This document shows positions 1 to 11,598 of a stretch of 64,000 nucleotides of DNA, piece after piece. The notes beneath the pieces were generated by a model. It saw only the letters and a list, made by a program, of their open reading frames with translations, searched no databases and was not told the origin of the DNA. The stretch is from assembly GCA_965226885.1 (NCBI GenBank), contig CBDDEL010000017.1, positions 704,001 through 768,000 on the forward strand, in the 5' to 3' direction. Source of the stretch: Opitutales bacterium (GTDB lineage Bacteria; Verrucomicrobiota; Verrucomicrobiia; Opitutales; UBA2987). Positions within the stretch are counted from its first letter, which is position 1. Every line of letters begins with the position of its first letter. Made by a program: the position numbers and the translations under genes.

Positions 1-549
1 GGTGGCGTCAAAGTCCAGGATGATCTCTTCGGGTTCCTCGGCAAAGGAGCCCATGAACTGTTCGACCAACAGCTCGTTTACCGCAAAGGCCGCCCGCCGA
101 TCCTGCCCGTTTTCAGAACGACACAAAGTCGGCGCGCTGGCCAACGTTTCAATGCGCCCCGTTACCGTTTGCAACAATGGATCGTGGCGCAGGGTATCAA
201 AGTCGTTCAAATCCTCATAGCCCGCCACCAGCCCGTAAACGCGCTGCCGCAGCATCCCCAAGACCTCATGGCGTACTTTGCCCTTCTGCCGTTTGTCCAC
301 TAACTGTCGGGCCGCTCGTTCGGTCAAGCCCAACTGCCGATCCACTTCCCGGATCAAAAGCAGTCCGGCATCCGAAGTAACCTCTCCGCCCTTGAAATCA
401 ACCCGCACACGGCGGCCTTTTACCCTTGTCAACTGTAGCTTTAATTGTTTACCTTTTGTCATCGCTGATATTGCTTTAATTATTGATCTATCCTGCTGTA
501 TATCAGCAGTTAAGCATATCAACGATACTTTTTTTACGAAATATCCGGG
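1..549 (-). mobile_element. IS1380-family element, copy 1 (left end and 5' part of transposase; runs off the window edge)
   Basis: Near-identical to 1399..1947 (offset 1398; 3 SNPs noticed). Terminus CCCGGATATTT on the minus strand ends at 549. Confidence 0.92.
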
Positions 550-1860
550 TTAGGTTGGCACCAATCGGCGGGGCGCATGGTTGAAAAGACTGGCCCAAGG
601 ATAACTCTCACTTAGGTGAAAGTGAATCGTTCGGGTGTTGCGCACGATGACCGCTCCGATCTTGATTAATTTGAGCCGCAGGGTGTGGCATTGGGCCCGC
701 GCCCACTTCGTCCCTTTTAAGGCTAACCGGCGCATGGCTTCCATCAAGGTGTAGGCCAGCGCCGACAAGAGCAATCGCCACTGATTGGCCCACCATTGAT
801 GGGCGCTGGTGCGCTCGCTGAACAATTGCATCTGTTCCTTGATTCGGTTCTCCATTTCACCGCGGCCACAGTATACCTTGTCGTAAAGCTCCTGGGGATC
901 GCCCGGCAGGTTCGTCACCACGAAGCGCGGGTTGGACCCCTGTGCGGTGTGTTCGGCTTTATGGATGACCAACCGCAGCCATCGCCACGAATCGGCAGCA
1001 TAGACGAAGTCCTGGAATAACCGTTGTTTTTTACCCCTTAGTTCGAACCATTCTTTGGCCTGCTTTTGCAACTGCTGGGCGTCTTGCTGCAAGCGTGCAT
1101 TGCGAGCCATCCCCACGATGTAACTAACTTCGTTGCGGTCGCACCAAGAGAGTATCCGGTCTCGACAAAATCCACTGTCGGCGCGCCAAATAATCCGCGT
1201 ACGGGGCCAGCTTTGGCGAATCCGTTTAACCAGCAATTTGAGGATGGCCCCGGCATGCTTGCTGGCATCGATCTTGCTCGGCCGCAGGTAGGCCACCAGC
1301 AGCTGATCACCGCAAAAAACATATAGCGGCAGAAAACAGTAATGATCATAATAACCGTGGAAAAAACGTCCCTCCTGGAGCCCGTGCACCGGATTGTCGG
1401 TGGTGTCAAAGTCCAGGATGATCTCTTCGGGTTCCTCGGCAAAGGAGCCCATGAACTGTTCGACCAACAGCTCGTTTACCGCAAAGGCCGCCCGCCGATC
1501 CTGCCCGTTTTCAAAACGACACAAAGTCGGCGCGCTGGCCAACGTTTCAATGCGCCCCGTTACCGTTTGCAACAATGGATCGTGGCGCAGGGTATCAAAG
1601 TCGTTCAAATCCTCATAGCCCGCCACCAGCCCGTAAACGCGCTGCCGCAGCATCCCCAATACCTCATGGCGTACTTTGCCCTTCTGCCGTTTGTCCACTA
1701 ACTGTCGGGCCGCTCGTTCGGTCAAGCCCAACTGCCGATCCACTTCCCGGATCAAAAGCAGTCCGGCATCCGAAGTAACCTCTCCGCCCTTGAAATCAAC
1801 CCGCACACGGCGGCCTTTTACCCTTGTCAACTGTAGCTTTAATTGTTTACCTTTTGTCAT
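550..1860 (-). CDS. IS1380-family DDE transposase
   Basis: Motifs TSDAGLLL, LDFDTTD, RADSGF, YCGRGEMENRIKE. Likely start is ATG at 1860 (MTKGKQ). Confidence 0.93.
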   Translation of the reverse strand: MTKGKQLKLQLTRVKGRRVRVDFKGGEVTSDAGLLLIREVDRQLGLTERAARQLVDKRQKGKVRHEVLGMLRQRVYGLVAGYEDLNDFDTLRHDPLLQTVTGRIETLASAPTLCRFENGQDRRAAFAVNELLVEQFMGSFAEEPEEIILDFDTTDNPVHGLQEGRFFHGYYDHYCFLPLYVFCGDQLLVAYLRPSKIDASKHAGAILKLLVKRIRQSWPRTRIIWRADSGFCRDRILSWCDRNEVSYIVGMARNARLQQDAQQLQKQAKEWFELRGKKQRLFQDFVYAADSWRWLRLVIHKAEHTAQGSNPRFVVTNLPGDPQELYDKVYCGRGEMENRIKEQMQLFSERTSAHQWWANQWRLLLSALAYTLMEAMRRLALKGTKWARAQCHTLRLKLIKIGAVIVRNTRTIHFHLSESYPWASLFNHAPRRLVPT

Positions 1861-1947
1861 CGCTGATATTGCTTTAATTATTGATCTATCCTGCTGTATA
1901 TCAGCAGTTAAGCATATCAACGATACTTTTTTTACGAAATATCCGGG
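550..1947 (-). mobile_element. IS1380-family element, copy 2 (right end displaced by copy 1)
   Basis: Terminus CCCGGATATTT at 1947, flanked by CTAA. Full transposase ORF; copy 1 abuts the stop codon. Confidence 0.9.
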
Positions 1948-4900
1948 CTAATCCCCTCATCCGAGATAAAATCGATATTACTGGTCGTGCTGTCATCGAG
2001 TGTCCCGTCATCGGGCGTGCCATCCGCGTTGAGCCGCCCATAAACCCTCCCCGAATCGGTGTCCGCAATATATTGAAGCCGGTCGTCCGAAAGAATGCCG
2101 GCATCGACCACGTTAACCAGATCAGAATGTATCACAGAAAGATCGTAAGTTCCGTCTAGGGTGCCATCGGTCTCAAACCCGGCCAATCCATCGCGCCTTT
2201 CGGCCCCAACATAATCATAGTCATCCCACACCACAACTCGGCCATCGCTTAGTACGGCGAAATCTTCCGGATACCACTCCGATTGGAAACTTCCGGGGGT
2301 GAAAGTGGGATCAAAAGTGCCGTCATTTACCGCTAATCGACCCAATCCCAACAATGGCACCCCATTAACCTCTGGTATATCACCGTCCCCGCTTGGGAAT
2401 ACCACCGAATCATCCGGGAGAAGTTCCAGAGAGAAACTCTCATTGTATTCTCCTGCATCTCCTAGTATTGCCCGGGCAAAGCTAGTGTCCAGGCTTCCAT
2501 CGCTGTTGAAACGGGCGATGGTAGTGCCCGCAATTACTATTTTATCATTAGAGGCTATTCTGAGATTGCGGACCTGTAGAAAAAATGGAGCAACGGTATC
2601 GGCTACTTCATTTCTTGAAACCAAAACGAAACTTGAATCAAAATCTCCATTTGGATCCAGCCGAATCAGCACGGCTTCAGTTCCGGAATCGTCCTCGAAC
2701 CTGCCGCCGATAACCAAGCTGCCATCCGATTGAAAACCTATTCCTCTTGGTGGCCGCCCGACCATTACATAACCGCCGACGCCATAGTCGAGGTCCAGGC
2801 TGCCGTCTGGAAACAAGCGGGCAAATCCTTCTCTGACCTCGCCATTGACCGTCCCAAAAGAACCCCCGATGTAGATATTGCCATCACCATCCAGAATTAT
2901 GCGCGCCCAGATGCCATTCTGGAACCCGGTTGTCTGGTGCTGGATTAATTCGGGAATCTGAAAATCCTGGTCCAGGCTCCCGTCGACGTTCAGGCGAACA
3001 AGCCCGCTCACCAGCAATCCGTCAACATCGGTAAAGGTTCCACCCGCCAGTACTTTGCCATTCGGCTGGGCTGTCAGCATGCGAATGCCGTCATTAAATA
3101 CCGGCGATTCAAAGGAGAAATCTTGAGAACCATCCGGAAATACACGCAAGATGCGGTTTCTGGTAGAGCCGTCCGCCAAGGGAACTCCGTTGTTGCCTGA
3201 AACCAGTATCATTCCATCGTCCAGCACCGTGGTGGCCAGGGTAGAGAATAGTGGGGGTCCGAAATTGAAATTTTCATCCAGTGAACCGTCCGAATCATGC
3301 ACTCGAATTAAGGCTCCGGTTTTCTCGTTGTTCACATTGTGAAAATCGGCCCAGCTTATCAATAGTCCTCCATTTCTGTCGGAATTTACCCGAACGGGAC
3401 CTGTCTCCTGCTTGAATTCGGGGAGGTTAAAATTCGGGTCTAAAGCTCCGAAGGTTCCGGCCAGGGCATTAATAGACCGATCGACTACATTATCCGCATT
3501 TTCATCGACATAAATAAGATCCGCGGGCAATGGGTCGAAACCGAGAACGGGCCGGTATTCTATCAAAGCCTCACCGGCATTTATTCCAAAAACCGTGGCC
3601 CCGTTGGGCTGCCAATCCTGCCCGTTGACACGCCATTGCATCCCATCATTGAAATCGCTGCTGCCTGGGTCAAAATTAACCGTCACGGAACCGGTGGGGT
3701 TGATATTAACTCCGCCGGCCGCGAAATTATTGAAAAAGAGGATTTCCGGATCGACTGCGGTTTCCGCCTCGGTAAATCCGGCCAGGTTCAGGGTGAACGT
3801 ATCTCCCGGTTCCATGAGCCACGACGATCCCAGATTAGAGGAAATCGCCTCGGAAAAGACTCCGTTAACCTCATAAGCGGTCACCAAGGTTTGGCTTTCA
3901 GCAATCCAGAATAGAAAGAGCGTGTAATAATCTCCGGAAACCGTCCGGCGCAATCCGCCAACACCGTTAAATCCCTGAAATCCGAATATGCTGAAATTCC
4001 CGACATCAATCCGCTGCTCGAGGACGGGATTGCCAAATCCGTCATCCGTCGCCAGGACGTTCACCGAATGGAAAAGACTGGCCCCGTTGGCGCTGTTAAA
4101 CAGAGTAAACTCCATCGCGATCCGCTCGCCAATTTCGGCAAATTCGACATGGCCCAAACTGACATCCACGGCCGCACTCCAATCGCTGTCGAAGGGAGGG
4201 AAGCTGTTCAGTTGCTTGGTGACCAAACGCTCCGAGGGATCGTCCCGGGGACCACTTTGAATAAATGAGAAACCGCTCGGGGTTTCCAGCAAATTCAAGA
4301 GGCCGGGATTTTCGCTGTTGGTGCCAAATTCCCAAAGCCCTGGATCCAGTTCATCAATCAGGTCGTCAAGAAAGCCGAGTTGGGCAAACGGGTCTTTTTG
4401 TTGCTCATATACAATCACACGCCCGTCGTCGATGATAAGGAGTTGATTGAAGACATCAAGAGCTTCCGATCCAGACCGAAGATCGAGGAAATTATCTTCA
4501 ACATTTATATCAAGTAGGTTTACTAAACCGGCCAGGGTGTTGATGGAGAAAATATTGTTTCTGTGCAGAAAAATACCCTCCAGTGCCGTAAGATTTTCCA
4601 GAGGTTTAATATCAACAATGCGATTATCTTCGAGAAATAAATTAACCATGGAGAATAACTCGCTCAATGGGTTCAAATCGATGATTTGGTTGCCGGGGAG
4701 ATCAAGATTGTTCAAAATTGTAAGCCCACTCAATGGACTCAGGTCCATAATTTGGTTCCCGGCCAAATTAAGGAATTCCAGGTTATGGGCTGCCTCCAGG
4801 CCGGTCAGGTCCCCAATACCCCTTTCTGAAGCATCCAAAAAGGTCAGGGAATTCAAATCTCCGACCGTGAGTTGGGGTTGCTCACCGGGTATGCCCAATT

Positions 4901-7900
4901 CATCGCGGATCGCGGCTTCCAGATTCTGGTCAGGAATGTCAACGGGATCATCAAAGAAAGATACCCCGCCAGCGGCAAAATCCGTGCCGATAACCTCACC
5001 GGCCGAAAGTTCCAATTGGGTCTGGAATGAGACCCCGCCAATAGTAATTTCGAAGGTGCTGCCATCCTGCATGCCCCAGCGCTCCAACGGATCTATGCTG
5101 TCGAAATCAAAAATTACTCCGTCCACTTCGTATGAAAATCGTAGTAAATGAGCCGCAGAGTCCCAGGTTATCCGCAACAATACCTCCGGCACAAAGAGAC
5201 CACGTTCTTCCAAAATGTCCGGCAGATCGGGATTTTCATTCACATCGCCACTGATAATTGAGCGGCTGAGAAAATTATCTCCACTGTTAAAGCTAAAGCC
5301 AAGATGTCCGTATTCAATGAAAGCGAGATTGTTTGGCCGCTGGCTGTAGTTAACGATAATACTGAACCTAATGGCTTCTAAACGGTCATCCTCAATGATA
5401 CTGGTCAAACCCACGTCTGAATTTGGGACACTGACATTTACCTCCACCTGCCAGTCGTCTATAACCGAGGCAACGGCCTGAAGAGTCCGGGATACTGCAT
5501 TCAATCCGTCATCGAGGACGTCAAAGTGGACCACGCTCAGCCCATCAGTTCCCTCCTCCAGATCGATGGCATCAATATCTGTGCTACCCACCCCCGACCA
5601 AAACGGCTCCAACGCATCCTTGAGATCGTCGAGAAACTGTGTGTCCTGCAACGGGACAAACCCATCGGCCTTGAAGTCCATCAAATAGGCCGTTTCAGCG
5701 GCGATTGCCAGATCGGTGTTGGTGAAACCTTGCAGGTCCAGTTGAAAAGTGCCCCCAGGCTGCAAATCCCAACGGTCACCTAATTCAACGCGGGCCAATT
5801 CCCACACGGAGCCGTCCTCCAGAACATAGACACTGGTCAGCGTCTGGGCAATGGAATCCCAAAACAACCGCAGGACAACTTCGATCGAAGTATGTAAGTC
5901 ACGTCCCCCTATAGTCGCATCAGAGGCATTGTTGGTAAATCCACCCATAAATACCGAAGGCTCGTCCACTGAGACGTCAAAACCATCGGTCATGTAGGAG
6001 ACCTCACGAGACCTCACCATAGTTAAAAAGAAAATCGGTTGGGTCGCTATTATTGAATAATTTAATTCCGATTCTTAAATACTCACTATCAGGAGTTTCC
6101 GGCACTGCTCGGCTCGGCAAAGCCAAGTCGTCGATATGCGAACGCACCTCCGCCTGCCAGTCGCGATCCACCGGGACGTAGCCTTTGAAAGGAAGATTCA
6201 CCCCCAGATTGGTATTTGGATCATTTTGGGTAAAACTGTAACCAACTGAAGTTTCCACCAGGTCGATGACACCAGGGTTGTCATTTTCGAGTGGGGACCA
6301 GATCGGCTCCAGGGCATCCTTCAGATCGTCCACCAAAGGCAATCCGGCAAAGAGGTCGTTTTGCGGTTCGAAAATGACCGGGTTGAACGAGATATCGTCA
6401 AGAGCGTCGATGACCGCACGGGCGCTGGATCCATCGCTCACGATGAGGAAGTTATTATTGACTTCCACTTCAAACGGGCTGGTCAGCCCAGCCAGGGCGT
6501 CGATGTTAAACAACAGATTGTCGCTGAGAAAGATCACTCCCAACCCGGTAAGGCCAGACAGTGGGCCGATATCGCGTATCTGATTGTTTTGCAACTCCAA
6601 CCGAAACAGGTTTGACAACCCGCTCAAGGGGCTGATGTCGCCGATTTGGTTATTGTAGAGGATTAAGGTATCCAAGCTTTCTAACCCGCCTAATGGGATT
6701 AAATTGCTAATCTGGTTTGCCCCAAGATGGAGACTGACTAATGCCGTCAACCCATTCAGTGGAGTCAGATCGCTGATTAAATTGTTATCAAGGTTTAGAA
6801 ATGTCAGAGCATCCAGTCCACTCAAGGGGCTGAGGTCGTCGATTTGGTTATTGTTGAGCAAAATAAAATCAAGCACGGCCAGATTGCTGAGAGGGCCGAT
6901 ATCACTTAATTGGTTGAAATCGAGGAATAGGCCAGTCAGGTTTGTTAATCCGCCTAATGGAGTTATATCACTAATCTGGTTTGCGCCAAGATCCAGATCG
7001 AGCAGTGACGTCAATAGTGTCAAAGGACTCAGATCGCTGACCTGATTGATGAAAAGAACCAGATTATTTAACGCCGTCAGATTGCTGAGTGGGCCGATGT
7101 CGCTGACCTGGTTATTACTGAGATTAAGCTCAATAAGGTTCGTCAATCCACTCAGGGGCCCAATATTGCTGATCTGGTTGTTAGCAAGGATTAGAAAATT
7201 CAGGTTGATCAAGGTTGATCAACCCGCTCAAGGGACCAATATCGCTGACCTGGTTCCCATCGACGTTTAATTCATTCAAGGCGGCTAATCCACTCAATGG
7301 GCTTATATCGATAAGCTGGTTATCCCAAAGATGCAGAAATGTTAGAGATGTCAGCCCGCTTAGTGGCCCTATGTCGGAAATTTGGTTGCCTCCTAAGGCA
7401 AGAAAATCTAATCCAGTTAGATTTGCCAATGGGCTAAGATCGCTGACCGAACTACCCCTCAACTCAAGGCCGGTTAGAGCCGTCAACCCGCTCAAGGGGC
7501 TCAAGTCGACAACTTGATTATCAGCTAAATTGAGGCCCGTCAGGTTGACCGCGGTCTCCAATCCCGTCAGATCAGTAATACCTAAATCCGTAGCATCCAG
7601 GTTAAACAGGTTGGCCATATCCTCCTCTGTCAGGTCGAGAGAAGGAATTTCCAAAGTATCGCGGATGGCCTGCTCAAGGGCAGGATCCGGGATGTAAACA
7701 ATTAGAGCGATGAGAGGTTTCTTATCTCTACTGTAGCGGTATCTACCCCTTCATTTATATCGTAAATTTCGTAAACAAAACTGTCGTGAGTATCCCCGCT
7801 GCCACCGTGCACATAGGTGAAGGATCCATCCGGTGCCAGGGTTAAGGTTCCAAAGCTCGGTCCGCTTACCGGGGTAATGTTGACATTGAGGGAGTCGTGA

Positions 7901-8330
7901 TTGGCGTCCACATCATTGGCCAAGACGCTGGTCGCGCCACTATCCAGTGTGGATGTACTGCCACCCACCGTTACCGCCGCCGAATCATCATTGGCCATTG
8001 GCGGCGTATTGGTGCTAAGTGTGCCGCCACTCAAAAAATCAACCCACCCGGCATCCGCTCCAAAAGTATCGGATGGGTCTTTACCATAAACCCACCGAAG
8101 TGTGTGTTCTCCGGATGGGATCGAATGTTCAACCAGTGTCCAGTCCACCTCACCGGATATTTCCAGTTGATGCACGCCATCGACAGAAAATCCTAAATCA
8201 TCCCAGGTCGGCTCCGAAGAAACCTTCCAATAGAAACTGACAGTGGCTGGGCCCTCCACAATGACGGAAAGATCGGAGAACTCATTATGAGTGATGTGCA
8301 CTGGAAAAAGTGGACACGAGATTCTCCTAA

Positions 8331-8642
8331 ATGGAGAATCGAAGCATGGGAAGAAGACGCTTTAGTATAGAGTTCAAAAATGAGGCAGTTCAACTGATGA
8401 TACTCGATGGTCTGAGCGCCACCGAGGTATCGACCAAACTTGGGGTCAACACCAACCAATTGTATAGGTGGAAGAGGCTCTATCTGGACGATCAGCAGGG
8501 CGAAGCCACCTCAAAGCGACAGAGCAGTCCGAAGGAGATGGCGGCCGAGATAGATCGTCTTCGCAAAGAGCTGCGCCGCTCGGAGCGGATCAACCAGATA
8601 CTAAAAAAAACGGTGGGCTACTTTGCCAAGGACGAACAATGA
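8331..8642 (+). CDS. IS3 OrfA (HTH)
   Basis: RRRFSIEFKNEAV..LYRW..LKKTVGYFAK; A8C slippery run at 8603-8611. Confidence 0.9.
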   Translation: MENRSMGRRRFSIEFKNEAVQLMILDGLSATEVSTKLGVNTNQLYRWKRLYLDDQQGEATSKRQSSPKEMAAEIDRLRKELRRSERINQILKKTVGYFAKDEQ

Positions 8643-9556
8643 AGTACCAGTTTGTCAAAGACAACGAGGGGCGCTTCAAGATCGAGGAAATATGCTCGGC
8701 GATGGGGATTTGTCGCAGTGACTATTACTGCTGGAGGCACCGAGCGCCCTCGGCCCGGCGGATCGAGGACGAGGGAATCAAGGGGGCGATCCTGAAGGTA
8801 CACAAAGAGGCCAAGGGCCGCTATGGGCATCGGCCAATGCACCGCCATCTGAAGGATGATGAGGGCATCGATTGCGGCCGTGACCGGGCTCTGCGTCTGA
8901 TGCGTGAAATGGGAATCAAAAGCACCCAGAGTAAACGCTTTAAGCCATTAAAAACCAACAGTAACCATCCCTATGGTTACAGCCCCAATGTGCTTAAAAA
9001 GCATGGCCAGCCGACCCATATCGACGAGGTCTGGGTGGCGGGCACGACCTACCTACGGACCCTGGCCGGTTGGATGTACTTGGCCACGGTGATGGACCTG
9101 TTCAGCCGACGCCTGCTGGGCTGGAGCGTTTCCAACCACAACGACGCGAAGCTGGTTGGCAAGGCCCTCAAAGCCGCGGCCATGACCCGCGGCACACTGC
9201 GCACCGGGATTATTCATCACAGCGATCGGGGCAGCCCCTACGCCAGCGACGACTATCAGAGGCTGGTCTCTGAACTAGGCATGAAGCCGAGCATGAGCGC
9301 CCAAGGCAACTGCTACGACAACGCGGCCATGGAATCGTTCTACGGCCGCTTCAAGACCAGCACGATTCGAGGCCGCCACTTTGCCGACGAGCGCGAACTG
9401 CGATCAACTGTCTTCGAATACGTGGAAATCTTCTACAACCGATATCGCAAACATTCCTCTCTGAGTTACCAAAGCCCAGTCCAATTCGAGGAAAATATTT
9501 GCCCCCCATGGGGGGCAACGAGAAAACAAAACCCTTTACCAAAACAAGCCGCCTGA
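8639..9556 (+). CDS. IS3 OrfB (rve integrase core), probably inactive
   Basis: HHSDRGSPY, GNCYDNAAMESF. First catalytic Asp appears as Gly (WVAGTTYL). Confidence 0.88.
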   Translation: MKYQFVKDNEGRFKIEEICSAMGICRSDYYCWRHRAPSARRIEDEGIKGAILKVHKEAKGRYGHRPMHRHLKDDEGIDCGRDRALRLMREMGIKSTQSKRFKPLKTNSNHPYGYSPNVLKKHGQPTHIDEVWVAGTTYLRTLAGWMYLATVMDLFSRRLLGWSVSNHNDAKLVGKALKAAAMTRGTLRTGIIHHSDRGSPYASDDYQRLVSELGMKPSMSAQGNCYDNAAMESFYGRFKTSTIRGRHFADERELRSTVFEYVEIFYNRYRKHSSLSYQSPVQFEENICPPWGATRKQNPLPKQAA

Positions 9557-10092
9557 CACACTAATCAATAAACAATGAATATAAGAGAATCCCGTGTCCA
9601 ACAAATCCAGTACACGTCAGGATGGCTCCGCTTTGCAAAGCATCGACTCCATCGTCGGGAGAACTGAAAGTATTCTGATTATACCACCGGGCATAGCCAT
9701 CTGATATCCAGGTGGGGTTTACATGATCGGCGCCCTCCTCAAACTCGCCTACCGGGAATAACTCCAATAGATCGACCCACCCGGCATCATCTCCCTCATC
9801 CGAAATGAAGTCCTTTGAGTAAATCCATTGCAGGTTATGTTCTCCCGAACCAAGTTGAACGGGAATATGTTCCCAATCCACTTCCCCTGAAATGCTCCTG
9901 CGTGGTCCTTCTTCATCATTGACGAAAAAATCCAAATTATCATAAGTTGGCTCCGAGGATACTTTCCACCAATATCCAAGCGCCACCGGCCCGGTGACGG
10001 TTACCGAAAGATCCGAACTGTAAACGCCGGGGAAAAACCGGTACGGTAAAGAGGGCGCTTTAAAACCGGTACGCTTATCCTAGAAAGGAGGA

Positions 10093-11598
10093 GTGTATCG
10101 AGATATGAAGCAATGGACAAGAGTGCGGCACAAAGTGCTGCGGGACAAGCAGAGCAAGCGCTCTGTAATGCGAGAAGAGGGACTGCACTGGGAGACCCTG
10201 GGAAAGATGCTGGCCTATTCCCAGCCGCCGGGATACCGGCGCAAGAAGAGGCGAGAGCGCAAGATCGATCCGTATGTGGGCTGGATCGAGGAGGTGCTCA
10301 AAGCGGACCGGAACGTGCCCAAGAAGCAGCGCCATACGGCCAAACGGATCTACCAGCGTTTGGGTCGGGAGAAGGGCTACCAAGGGGGCTACACGGCGGT
10401 CAAGGAGGTGGTGGCCGAGCTGCGAGCGAGGCGGCGGGAAGTGTTCGTGCCGCTGGAGCACCGCCCCGGGGAGGGACAGGTGGACTTCGGTCATGCCCTG
10501 GTGAAGGAGGCGGGGCAATTGCGTAGGCGGCCATTTTTTGCCATGAGCCTGCCCTACAGCGATGCCTTTTTCGTGCAGGTGTTCGAACGGGAGTGCACGG
10601 AGAGCTTCTGGGAGGGGCACCTGCGAGCTTTTGAGTTTTTCGGGGCGGTGCCCCGGCGCATCAGCTATGACAACTCGAAGGTGGCGGTGGGTAAGATTAT
10701 CGGTTCGCGTGAACGCAAGCTGACCGACGGGTTTCTGCAGCTACAGAGCCATTACCTGTTCGAGGAACACTTCTGTCTGCCCGCCCGGCCCAACGAGAAG
10801 GGCGTGGTCGAGGGGATCGTGCGTTATGCCCGGGCCAACTTCCTGGTACCGGTACCGCAGGTTCGGGACCTGGAGGAACTCAACGCAAAGCTGTTGGAGG
10901 CATGTGAGCGGGACATGGAGCGTAAATTACGCGGGAAAAGGGCGGTGAAAAAGGAACTGCTGGCCGAGGAGCGCGCCGTCATGCTGGCGTTGCCGCCCAT
11001 ACCCTTTGAAGCGAGCCGCAAACGCTCGACCTGCGTCAGCAGCCTCTCGCTGGTGCGCTTCGAGTGCAACGACTATTCGGTGCCGGTGCGCTGCGCCCAC
11101 CATCCGGTGGTGGTGGAAGGGTCCTGTCGGCAGGTGGTGATCTTCTGTGGGGGCCAAGAGGTGGCCCGGCACCGCCGCATTTGGGATAAAGAGCAAGTCT
11201 CTTTCGAGCCGGTGCACTACCTGGCTTTGCTGGAGAAAAAACCGGGCGCTTTGGACTTCGCCCGCCCACTCTCGGGCTGGCAGTTGCCGCAGTGCCTGCA
11301 GGTCCTCAGACGCCGGCTCGAAAGCCAATGCGGGGGCGAAGGCACCCGGGAGTATATCCGGGTGCTGCGGCTGTTGGAGAAACACCCCATGGCGGCCTTG
11401 CAGCAGGCCGTCGTCTCGGCCCTGCGGGTGGGGGGACTGACTCGTGAGGCCATCGCCCAGTATCTCTATCCTCAGGAAGACTACGGGAGCAGAACCTTCC
11501 GGCTGGACGGCCATCCACACCTGCGTCACGTCCGTGTGGCCGCCCCTGACCTCGGTGCCTACAGCGAACTGCTCAAGATTCCAGGAGGGGCTTTATGA
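10093..11598 (+). CDS. istA: IS21 transposase IstA
   Basis: GQVDFG, YDNSK, NEKGVVEG motifs; AGGAGG RBS before GTG. Confidence 0.95.
   Translation: MYRDMKQWTRVRHKVLRDKQSKRSVMREEGLHWETLGKMLAYSQPPGYRRKKRRERKIDPYVGWIEEVLKADRNVPKKQRHTAKRIYQRLGREKGYQGGYTAVKEVVAELRARRREVFVPLEHRPGEGQVDFGHALVKEAGQLRRRPFFAMSLPYSDAFFVQVFERECTESFWEGHLRAFEFFGAVPRRISYDNSKVAVGKIIGSRERKLTDGFLQLQSHYLFEEHFCLPARPNEKGVVEGIVRYARANFLVPVPQVRDLEELNAKLLEACERDMERKLRGKRAVKKELLAEERAVMLALPPIPFEASRKRSTCVSSLSLVRFECNDYSVPVRCAHHPVVVEGSCRQVVIFCGGQEVARHRRIWDKEQVSFEPVHYLALLEKKPGALDFARPLSGWQLPQCLQVLRRRLESQCGGEGTREYIRVLRLLEKHPMAALQQAVVSALRVGGLTREAIAQYLYPQEDYGSRTFRLDGHPHLRHVRVAAPDLGAYSELLKIPGGAL

Larger units (their letters stand above)
8292..9619 (+). 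mobile_element. IS3-family element (1328 bp)
   Basis: TG..CA imperfect IRs (TGATGTGCACTGGAAAAAGTGGACAC / TGACGTGTACTGGATTTGTTGGACAC); orfA/orfB arrangement. Confidence 0.92.
1948..10018 (-). pseudogene. Giant multidomain surface protein (internalin-type LRRs, cadherin/Ig-like domain, delta-60-like repeats), fragmented
   Basis: Collinear ORF pieces 9620-10018, 7702-8291, 7181-7654, 6004-7212 and 1948-6020. 22-aa LRRs (LxLxxNQISDIGPLSGLTNL), VYIPDPAL/DIPDQNLEAAIR caps, PMANDDSA..VLANDVD Ig-like motif, GSLDxxF / QPNGKVLAGG repeats. Broken by IS3, three frameshifts, IS21 and IS1380. Confidence 0.88.

Noticed and set aside
6350..7620. 66-bp periodicity as a CRISPR or DNA repeat array
   Set aside because: It is the 22-aa LRR coding period with synonymous variation; there is no constant repeat with unique spacers.
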